Shown one piece after another: positions 49,142-57,093 of a stretch of DNA of 59,170 nucleotides. The notes beneath the pieces were generated by a model. That model searched no databases. It was not told the origin of the DNA and saw nothing but the letters and a program-made list of their open reading frames with translations. The stretch lies in contig JAXHMZ010000004.1 in NCBI GenBank assembly GCA_034521025.1, forward strand, positions 107,315 through 166,484, given 5' to 3'. The stretch's first letter is position 1. Each line of letters starts with the position of its first letter. The DNA comes from Candidatus Campbellbacteria bacterium (GTDB taxonomy: Bacteria > Patescibacteriota > Minisyncoccia > Phycocordibacterales > JAXHMZ01). A program made the translations under genes and the position numbers.

Positions 49142-49640
49142 TTATCCTTTAACCTCAGGCAGGTCTACCGTAGTGGTAATTTGAACTCTGATCGCACTAC
49201 CACCTTCGGTTACTACTCGCTCGTCCTCGTCCTCTTCAAAGGTACCGTTTTCGTTTGTATCTGTGTACAGCTCTACGTAGTACTGATCTCCTTCGGATGT
49301 GGACTCATCAAGCTCTACATTACCCGTCAAATCCGTGTTCCAGCTTCCACAAAAGCAGAACCGATAACTTCTCCTGGCTCACCGTCTACTTTGTTTCTTA
49401 CAACGACAAAACCGTCTTCTGTAAGATTGAGACTGTCATAAAAACTACGTCTTCCGGGAATTTGATCGTTCACTATTACTGAATTTTCACTGTCCCCACT
49501 AACACTGTTAATTCTTCTTCATTTTGTTCTGGAGGGTTAACCTCTTCACTGCTAGGCCGTGTTAAAAGTAACGCAACCACCGCAACTACCAGCACAAGAA
49601 GTACCCCGACTGTTATGATAATTGATCTATTATTATTCAT
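49142..49640 (-). CDS. Membrane-anchored acidic surface protein (DUF7282-like), left-arm copy frameshifted
   Basis: Mirror of intact 50790-51287. Confidence 0.6.
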
Positions 49641-49683
49641 ATGCACACAGTATACAACAAAAACACCATTTACAACAATGGCC

Positions 49684-50220
49684 TTATATTAATCCCTTCT
49701 TAGCCAAAATCGCGGAAATAGGATCGGTGGACTTACCGCGAGCCGGACTAATTTCACGTCCGTACGCTTTAAGCTTATAAGAAATGTCAAACCATTCATC
49801 TTTGGGCCAAAGATCCATCAACTCTTCTCGACGATCTCGGGTCATTGGTATTGACCAGACCAAATTTTCTCGCCAATCGTATAACGTGCGTATCCACCGC
49901 AATTCCATCAACTTCGCCGAAAAGATGCCCGCGAACAACGTTGGCGGTCTTTCTGCCGACACCGGGTAGGGAGGTACAGTTCTTCCATACTACTTTTGGA
50001 ATTCTTGCTTTAAATTTATTCTTGATAATACGAGCCGAGTCACGAATGTACTTTGCTTTAGCTCGGCTAAACCCGATTTCTAAAATATCCTTTCGCAGAT
50101 CCTCGACGGAGGCCTCAGCGAACTTGTTTAAATGTGTGTATTTTTTTAAATAATTTTTCCGTAACCTGATCTACTTTTTTGTCCGTAGTTTGAGCCGATA
50201 AATGACCCCGCAAAAAGAAG
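49684..50220 (-). pseudogene. nth: Endonuclease III, 5'-truncated at the fold-back point and frameshifted (left-arm copy)
   Basis: Corrected reading LLFAVILSAQTTDKKV..GVGRKTANVV..AVDTHV. Confidence 0.85.
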
Positions 50221-50236
50221 TTCGTGGTTTTAAGTA

Positions 50237-50746
50237 TATCGGCTAAAACTACAGACAAAGAGAAATCAGGTAAGAAAAAATTGTAAAAAATACAACACAT
50301 TAAACAAGTTCGCTGAGGCCTCCGTAGAGGATCTGCGAAAGGATATTTTAGAAATCGGGTTTAGCCGAGCTAAAGCAAAGTACATTCGTGACTCGGCTCG
50401 TATTATCAAGAATAAATTTAAAGCAAGAATTCCAAAGAGTATGGAAGACCTTACTTTTCTACCCGGAGTTGGCAGAAAGACCGCCAACGTTGTTCGAGGT
50501 CATCTTTTTGGTGAAGTTGATGGAATTGCAGTGGATACGCACGTTCTGCGATTGGCGAGAAAATTTGGTCTGGTCAATACCAATGACCCCGAGATCGTCG
50601 AGAGAGAGTTGATGTATCTTTGGCCTAAAGATGAATGGTTTGACATTTCTTATAAGCTTAAAGCGTACGGACGTGAAATTAGTCCGGCTCGCGGTAAGTC
50701 CACCGATCCTATTTCCGCGATTTTGGCTAAGAAGGGATTAATATAA
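50237..50746 (+). pseudogene. nth: Endonuclease III, 5'-truncated (right-arm copy)
   Basis: HhH LPGVGRKTANVV and VDTHV intact; start missing. Confidence 0.85.
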
Positions 50747-50789
50747 GGCCATTGTTGTAAATGGTGTTTTTGTTGTATACTGTGTGCAT

Positions 50790-51287
50790 ATGAATAATAA
50801 TAGATCAATTATCATAACAGTCGGGGTACTTCTTGTGCTGGTAGTTGCGGTGGTTGCGTTACTTTTAACACGGCCTAGCAGTGAAGAGGTTAACCCTCCA
50901 GAACAAAATGAAGAAGAATTTAACAGCGTTAGTGGGGACAGTGAAAATTCAGTAATAGTGAACGATCAAATTCCCGGAGACGTAGTTTTTTATGACAGTC
51001 TCAATCTTACAGAAGACGGTTTTGTTGTTGTAAGAAATGAAGTAGACAGTGAGCCCGGAGAAGTTATCGGTTCTGCTTTTGTGGAGGCCGGTACAGATAT
51101 GACGGGTAATGTAGAGCTTGATGAGTCCACATCCGAAGGAGATCAATACTACGTAGAGCTGTACACAGACACAAACGAAAACGGTACCTTTGAAGAGGAC
51201 GAGGACGAGCGAGTAGTAACCGAAGGTGGTAGTGCGATCAGAGTTCAAATTACCACTACGGTAGACCTGCCTGAGGTTAAAGGATAA
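50790..51287 (+). CDS. Membrane-anchored acidic surface protein, DUF7282-like
   Basis: N-terminal TM; VNDQ..DGFVVV..PGEVIG..DTNENGTFE (DxDxDG-like) pattern. Confidence 0.6.
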   Translation: MNNNRSIIITVGVLLVLVVAVVALLLTRPSSEEVNPPEQNEEEFNSVSGDSENSVIVNDQIPGDVVFYDSLNLTEDGFVVVRNEVDSEPGEVIGSAFVEAGTDMTGNVELDESTSEGDQYYVELYTDTNENGTFEEDEDERVVTEGGSAIRVQITTTVDLPEVKG

Positions 51288-51305
51288 GCAGATAATATAG
51301 AACTA

Positions 51306-51342
51306 AAACAAAAAACCGCTTCTCAAAAGCGGTTTTTTGTTT
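51306..51342. terminator. Bidirectional terminator (mirror copy)
   Basis: Reverse complement of 49087-49123. Confidence 0.8.
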
Positions 51343-52027
51343 ATTCCTTACGCTTAGGCGCGTTTTTGACTATTTTAGAAATTTCATCTATATCTTCTGT
51401 CATTGTGTACAGCTCTTCGTCTTCTGGGCCGATAGTTTGATATTTGTTCACCAACATATTGTGAATAAAATCATCCAAAGCTCCCCAGAATTCATCACCG
51501 ACAAGAATTATTGGTACTCGCGGGATCTTCTGCGTTTGAACCAAAGTTACAATTTCAAAAAATTCATCCAGAGTTCCGAATCCGCCGGGGAAATAAATAT
51601 AGGCTTCCGCTGAGAAAGCAAGCATTACTTTTCGTGAAAAGAAGTAATTAAAAGAAAGAGATTTTGTAACATACTTATTAATAACTTGCTCAAATGGCAG
51701 TTCAATACTGAATCCCAAAGAGTCTCCTCCTGCCTCAAATGCGCCACGATTGGCCGCCTCCATTATGCCTGGGCCGCCGCCGGTTACCACGGTAAACCCG
51801 TCATCGGATAAGCGGTGGGCAACTTCTTGAGCTTTTTTGTAATATGGGTGTGACTCAGAGAGACGAGAGGAACCAAAGAAAGTTACGGATTTGGGATAGT
51901 CTCTAATTACGTCGAAACCTTTCGCGAATTCGTTGCCTATAAGCGAGACTCGCCTATTTGCTTCTTCTTCAACTCTTTCTCTAACTATTTTTGCCTGTGC
52001 AGGCTCGTCTGGTCTGTCTTTTTCCAT
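51341..52027 (-). CDS. LOG/TIGR00730-family protein (mirror copy)
   Basis: Same motifs as 48402-49088. Confidence 0.9.
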   Translation of the reverse strand: MEKDRPDEPAQAKIVRERVEEEANRRVSLIGNEFAKGFDVIRDYPKSVTFFGSSRLSESHPYYKKAQEVAHRLSDDGFTVVTGGGPGIMEAANRGAFEAGGDSLGFSIELPFEQVINKYVTKSLSFNYFFSRKVMLAFSAEAYIYFPGGFGTLDEFFEIVTLVQTQKIPRVPIILVGDEFWGALDDFIHNMLVNKYQTIGPEDEELYTMTEDIDEISKIVKNAPKRKE

Positions 52028-52083
52028 AATAGCGAGTATATCATATAAAATAATTATATTTTTGTGTATAATATACTGACAAT

Positions 52084-52545
52084 ATGAGGGGTGTTCTTAA
52101 TGAATTCAAAAAATTCGCCCTAAGGGGTAGTGTGGTTGATTTGGCAGTCGGTATAGTGATCGGCGCGGCGTTTAATTCGCTCGTCCACTCGATAGTGGAA
52201 GACATAATAATGCCTCCGGTTGGAATGTTGGTCGGTGGAGCTGATTTTTCAAATCTTTTTGTTAACCTTTCTTCAGGCGTTGACTTCTCCACTCTGGCAG
52301 AAGCGGAAGCTGCGGGTGCTATAACGATCAATTACGGAGAATTTATTAATCAGTCAGTGAGTTTTCTGATCACGGCTTTTGCTGTCTTTATTTTGGTAAA
52401 AGCCGTAAACCGATTACGTGAAAGTAAAGATACTAATGTAAATAAATCCGAAGAGACTGTATCAAAGTGTCCTTTTTGCTATGAGTTGATCCACAAGTCG
52501 GCAACGCGGTGTCCCAACTGCACTTCTGATTTAAATGCTAGCTAA
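52084..52545 (+). CDS. mscL: Large-conductance mechanosensitive channel with C-terminal CxxC..CxxC ribbon (intact copy)
   Basis: EFKKFALRGSVVDLAVGIVIGAAF; CPFC..CPNC. Confidence 0.95.
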   Translation: MRGVLNEFKKFALRGSVVDLAVGIVIGAAFNSLVHSIVEDIIMPPVGMLVGGADFSNLFVNLSSGVDFSTLAEAEAAGAITINYGEFINQSVSFLITAFAVFILVKAVNRLRESKDTNVNKSEETVSKCPFCYELIHKSATRCPNCTSDLNAS

Positions 52546-52548
52546 TAA

Positions 52549-52699
52549 TCGGTATTAAACCCCAGGGCAAGCCCTGGACTCAAAGGGTGTTCGCTTCGCT
52601 CACCCCTTGAGCCCCAGAGGGGCGGGGTATTGAACCCATCTGCCTCGGCTCGGAAATACTCAAGGCTTCGCCTTGGTATTCCTCTCGCTCTACGTCGGC
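52549..52699. mobile_element. Mirror copy of the 159-bp element, with small deletions
   Basis: Reverse complement of 47713-47871. Confidence 0.8.
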
Positions 52700-52731
52700 A
52701 ATAAAAAGAGGACGGTTCCAAGGAACCGTCC

Positions 52732-53547
52732 TCAGCCCTTGTTAACAACAAGAACCATGTTTCTTCCCTTTTCACCGAATTTGGCACTACCTCTGGTTTG
52801 ACTAGCGCGGTGACTCCAGAACCTAGGATCAAAGTAGGTGTCGAAAAGGTCCGCGTAGATGTTTGAGGGTAGCAGACCTGCTTCAACCAACTTCCTCGCT
52901 GCGATTCGCCTGAGGTCGATTTTGCCCTCGCCTAAGGGCCAATCTACTATCTCAGGTCCGTACTTTCCTATCAACTCACAGGTACGTCGACGATTCTTCT
53001 TTCCATGCTTATGGTTTTCCCAATCGTGTTTAAAGTGAGCAGAGTCGATGCCGAGAGTAATTACGGCAATTAGCCTTTCAGCACTTCCCTTCCTGAAGTG
53101 TCGAAGAGCCTTGGAAAGAATGTCGTCATCTACTCCGTTTTCACGATTGAAGTGAATAGCAATTGTTTTTCCCGTAACCGGGTCTTGTAGGGCTACTGTG
53201 TGGCAATCGCCGGAAGCGAGCCCGTAAGCCTCCTCTTTATCAATTTCGGCTCCATCTGCCTTAACTTCACGGTAGATCCTTCTTTTGGTGCGGGAAACAT
53301 CAAGTGTTTTGATCTTGGAGCTTGAAATGGTCGTACCGTGGACAGGGTATGGACAAAAGATCCTAGTTGCGCCCAGCTCTCTGGCTATAGAGAGGAGGCG
53401 GTTGTAGGTCGTTTGGTCGTGAAGATTTTCAAGTTCTCCCTTCCAATCTGTTGGTTTACCAAGCGCGTTGACTACCAAGTTTCCAATTGAAAACGGATAC
53501 TCCTTGATCTCATTGATCTTCCCTGGAACTCCCGGGATATGGATCAT
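52732..53547 (-). CDS. YfiH/PgeF-like protein (mirror copy)
   Basis: Same protein as 46865-47680. Confidence 0.7.
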   Translation of the reverse strand: MIHIPGVPGKINEIKEYPFSIGNLVVNALGKPTDWKGELENLHDQTTYNRLLSIARELGATRIFCPYPVHGTTISSSKIKTLDVSRTKRRIYREVKADGAEIDKEEAYGLASGDCHTVALQDPVTGKTIAIHFNRENGVDDDILSKALRHFRKGSAERLIAVITLGIDSAHFKHDWENHKHGKKNRRRTCELIGKYGPEIVDWPLGEGKIDLRRIAARKLVEAGLLPSNIYADLFDTYFDPRFWSHRASQTRGSAKFGEKGRNMVLVVNKG

Positions 53548-53617
53548 TTCCGCTCCTTTCGGTAGTGTGTGTATTCGGTGTCTTAAAGATCAGAGTACTA
53601 ATGCAACAATACAATAA

Positions 53618-54373
53618 TTATTTGGTTTGTAAATGTCCAATCTTACTGCGATGTATGTTTTGTGTTGTCGCGACAGTGTTTAACTCTTTAGCTATATCTT
53701 CCGTTAATACGCGTACATAAGTTCCACTGGAGCATTCAACATTACAATCTAGCACTTGAACTTTATTTGGTATGTCATCTTCGATCTCTTGCCACCTTTT
53801 GATTATTTTCTCTTGCCTAAAATCTCCTTCAACTTTTCTAATCAGAGTAAATATATTATCTAAAAGATCTTCTTTTTTAATTTCTCGGGTTTTTTGTAGA
53901 CTCAGAGCAAATATTTCAATTTCATGATCTGGAATTTTTACTTCGTTTTGGTTTCGCGTGTGTTCAAACAAGGCCCTCCCGTCTACTTTTCTTGATGAAA
54001 ATTTCGGATACTTTTGTCTGTATTTACTCTCAAATTTTTTAAGAGTATTTATAACTTCAGCTTCCTCGATCTTTCTAGAGAAATCCACACATTCAATCAA
54101 TCCCAAGGGGTCTCCGGTGTCAGTTTTTAATCCAAGTATGATCTGAAAGCTGTAGGATTTATTCAGAGACAGAAACTCATCTTTTTGAAATCTTCTTTCA
54201 TTGAGGAGAAAAACGACCACACCGCTTGCGAGTGGATCTAGACGGCCGGCAAACGTCAGTTTAGTGTTCGGGTCTAGACTTAATTCAGAGAAAACCCGCT
54301 GCCTTAATTGCCCCATTGTCTCGCCTGTGCTTTTTTCAGCTAGAATCATATTTTTGTTCTCGTATTTTTCCAT
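53618..54373 (-). CDS. TruB-like pseudouridine synthase (mirror copy)
   Basis: One N/D difference from the left copy. Confidence 0.8.
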   Translation of the reverse strand: MEKYENKNMILAEKSTGETMGQLRQRVFSELSLDPNTKLTFAGRLDPLASGVVVFLLNERRFQKDEFLSLNKSYSFQIILGLKTDTGDPLGLIECVDFSRKIEEAEVINTLKKFESKYRQKYPKFSSRKVDGRALFEHTRNQNEVKIPDHEIEIFALSLQKTREIKKEDLLDNIFTLIRKVEGDFRQEKIIKRWQEIEDDIPNKVQVLDCNVECSSGTYVRVLTEDIAKELNTVATTQNIHRSKIGHLQTK

Positions 54374-54394
54374 CACTTTGGTACAATATTTCCA

Positions 54395-55645
54395 ATGTCT
54401 GAGGAAAAAAGCAAGGTATCTAAAAACGTTACTACGGAAAGTTACAAAGGAGTGCGTGACTTTTATCCTGAAGAACAAGCTATACAAAATTATATTTTTG
54501 ACATAATGCGCTCAACCGTGACTTTGTTCGGATACAAGGAATACAACGCTTCTCCTTTAGAATACAGCGAGTTATATACGGACAAAACCAGCGAGGAAAT
54601 AGTAAGCGAGCAAACTTACACATTCATGGATCGTGGCGGTAGAAACGTAACTCTTCGACCGGAAATGACACCCACGGTCGCGCGTATGATTGCTTCAAGG
54701 CGTAAGGCGATGGCTTTTCCTCAGCGCTTGTTTTCGATTCCTAATGTATTTCGTTATGAACGCCCGCAACGCGGTCGCCTGCGTGAGCATTATCAGCTTA
54801 ACGCCGATCTGTTTGGCATAGATGGTATAGATGCCGAAATCGAGATAATTGATCTGGCGAATGAACTTCTAAAAAGATTTGGCTTGAAGGAAGATCAATA
54901 TGAAATATACATAAACGATAGAAGTATTCTCGAAGATAAATTCGAGGAATTAGAGCTTGATCCAAAAAAGAAACAGGCGGTGTATAGACTGTTGGACAAG
55001 AAAGATAAAATTGATGATTTTGATGAGAAGCTAAATGAGTTGATAGGTGGCGACCTATTGGTAGGTCTCGAAGCGAACGAAAGGATCGATCAACTTATCG
55101 AAGAACTTAGTGCGCGAGGGATAAATAACGTAAAATTCAAACCATATTTGGTACGCGGTTTTGATTATTATACCGGGGTTATTTTTGAAATATTTGATAC
55201 AAATCCCGACAACAGCCGATCTCTTTTTGGTGGTGGGCGTTACGACGATCTTTTAGAGGTATTTGGTGAAGAACCTGTATCTGCCGTAGGTTTTGGTATG
55301 GGCGATGTCACAATTCGTGACGTACTGGAAACTTATGATCTCTTACCAAAAGAAATTTCATTTACTGATATTTACGTTTGTGTTTCGGACAGACAATATA
55401 AAGTATACGCCGACAACGTTGCGACGCGCTTGCGTAAAAATGGGATAAGAACTGTAGTTGACATGCGTTATGATACAATCGATTCGCAGTTGAAGCGATC
55501 GAAGAAATATGGATCTAAATTTGCTCTAGTTGTAGACGAAGAAGCATTTAATTCCGATAAGTTGATCCTAAAGGATGAGTACGGAAAAACACTCGGCCAA
55601 AAAAGTTTGGAGGAGGTCGTCGCTATTTATAAAAGAGAAGTTTAA
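54395..55645 (+). CDS. hisS: Histidine-tRNA ligase (intact copy)
   Basis: YKGVRDFYP, LRPEMT, GGGRYD, AVGFGMG, anticodon-binding domain. Confidence 0.97.
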   Translation: MSEEKSKVSKNVTTESYKGVRDFYPEEQAIQNYIFDIMRSTVTLFGYKEYNASPLEYSELYTDKTSEEIVSEQTYTFMDRGGRNVTLRPEMTPTVARMIASRRKAMAFPQRLFSIPNVFRYERPQRGRLREHYQLNADLFGIDGIDAEIEIIDLANELLKRFGLKEDQYEIYINDRSILEDKFEELELDPKKKQAVYRLLDKKDKIDDFDEKLNELIGGDLLVGLEANERIDQLIEELSARGINNVKFKPYLVRGFDYYTGVIFEIFDTNPDNSRSLFGGGRYDDLLEVFGEEPVSAVGFGMGDVTIRDVLETYDLLPKEISFTDIYVCVSDRQYKVYADNVATRLRKNGIRTVVDMRYDTIDSQLKRSKKYGSKFALVVDEEAFNSDKLILKDEYGKTLGQKSLEEVVAIYKREV

Positions 55646-55647
55646 GT

Positions 55648-56223
55648 ATGAGATTGGTCACGTTTGATATAGAAACGAAGAATACTTTTGCTGATGTGGG
55701 TGGTCGCGAGCCGTCTATGCTTGATCTGTCACTGGTATCAATTCACGATACAGAGACCGAAGAGTTTTCTAGTTATTTTGAAGAAGATCTATCCAAGCTT
55801 TGGCCAGTACTAGAAAAGTCGGACGCTCTTATCGGCTTTAATTCAAATCACTTTGATATTCCCATTCTCAATAAATATTACCCGGGAGATCTGACTGAGT
55901 TCAAAAGCATAGATCTCTTGGAGTCGATCAAGAATTCCTTAGGACGAAGAATTGGGTTGGACGCTATTGCCGAGGCCACTCTAGGGCACCGCAAGAGCGG
56001 ACATGGCTTGGAGGCAATTGAATGGTGGAACAACGGAGAATTAGAGAAGCTTCGCGAGTACTGTGAGCAAGATGTAAGAGTTACCAAAGCCGTGTATGAT
56101 TTTATAAAGGAAAACGGGTACGTGAAATTCCGATCAAATGATGGATTGCGTAATATTCCTATAGATGTCTCGGATTGGGACAAACCACTCGATTCTACGG
56201 TTACCCATACTCTTCCCTTTTAA
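55648..56223 (+). CDS. RNase H-like (DEDD/YprB-type) 3'-5' exonuclease (intact copy)
   Basis: FDIET, IGFNSNHFDIP, YCEQDV. Confidence 0.88.
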   Translation: MRLVTFDIETKNTFADVGGREPSMLDLSLVSIHDTETEEFSSYFEEDLSKLWPVLEKSDALIGFNSNHFDIPILNKYYPGDLTEFKSIDLLESIKNSLGRRIGLDAIAEATLGHRKSGHGLEAIEWWNNGELEKLREYCEQDVRVTKAVYDFIKENGYVKFRSNDGLRNIPIDVSDWDKPLDSTVTHTLPF

Positions 56224-56286
56224 ATATGATAGACTGGTCATATTAGAAATACGCAGAGCATAGAGCAAAACAAAGCATAAAAATAT

Positions 56287-57087
56287 ATGAAATCTTCAAA
56301 TCTTTTTTTACCAATTTCGATCATAGTTGCCGGTCTTTTGATCGGTGCGCTGACGGCCGGCGCTATAATCTTTGTAAACGATAACAACGATTCATCAGCA
56401 GGAGATCCCGGTTCTAGTGGCCCGACCATCTCTTCCATTTCTTATGAATCAGTAGATTCAACTGATCATATTCGAGGAAGTCTAGACGCTCCCGTAAAGC
56501 TTGTTGATTATTCTGACTTGGAATGTCCATTCTGCAAGCGACATCATGATACTTTGAACAATTTAATAGAAAACTATGACGAAGGTGAATTTGCTTGGGT
56601 ATATAGACACTTCCCTCTAGAGGCAGCTCACCAGAAAGCAATTCCGGAAGCAGTTGCTTCTGAGTGTGTAGCTCAGTCAGCCGGAGAAGAAGGTTTCTGG
56701 ACCTTTATCGATAGGATCTATGAAGAAACTCCTTCCAACGATGGATTGGATCATGATCTGTTGCCTGAATTTGCGCAAGACGCGGGGGCCAACGTGGAGG
56801 AGTTTGAAAGTTGTTTTGCCAATGAAGAGACGTTGTCTATCGTGGAAGCACATTTGGAGGACGCTCAAAACGCCGGAGGTACCGGAACGCCATATAGCCT
56901 ACTTATAAGTGATGCGGAGATCACAGAGGACGCTAGGGATGATATATACAATACTCTAACGCAGTTGGGACCTGAGGCCGGAAGTTTGGCCGTGTTTTCT
57001 GAAGGTGGTAATGCCGTGGGAATTAGCGGAGCAATTCCAGAAGAACCTTTAGCTGCTATCATAGACAGACTTATCGAGCTGAACTAG
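56287..57087 (+). CDS. DsbA/thioredoxin-like membrane-anchored protein (intact copy)
   Basis: N-terminal TM, YSDLECPFC, YRHFPL, GTP, GAIP. Confidence 0.9.
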   Translation: MKSSNLFLPISIIVAGLLIGALTAGAIIFVNDNNDSSAGDPGSSGPTISSISYESVDSTDHIRGSLDAPVKLVDYSDLECPFCKRHHDTLNNLIENYDEGEFAWVYRHFPLEAAHQKAIPEAVASECVAQSAGEEGFWTFIDRIYEETPSNDGLDHDLLPEFAQDAGANVEEFESCFANEETLSIVEAHLEDAQNAGGTGTPYSLLISDAEITEDARDDIYNTLTQLGPEAGSLAVFSEGGNAVGISGAIPEEPLAAIIDRLIELN

Positions 57088-57093
57088 TTACAA

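Larger units (their letters stand above)
40716..50200. repeat. Left arm of ~9.5-kb inverted repeat (probable fold-back artefact)
   Basis: Reverse complement of 50237-59170 with mirrored gene order. Confidence 0.97.

Noticed and set aside
50201-50236. Hairpin telomere or protelomerase site as the preferred explanation
   Set aside because: Apex lies inside nth, spacer is not a clean palindrome, sequence quality collapses around it and no telomere resolvase is in the window; kept only as a testable alternative
43325-57087. Diversity-generating retroelement template/variable repeat pair
   Set aside because: No reverse transcriptase; arms are inverted, kilobases long, and differences are not adenine-specific
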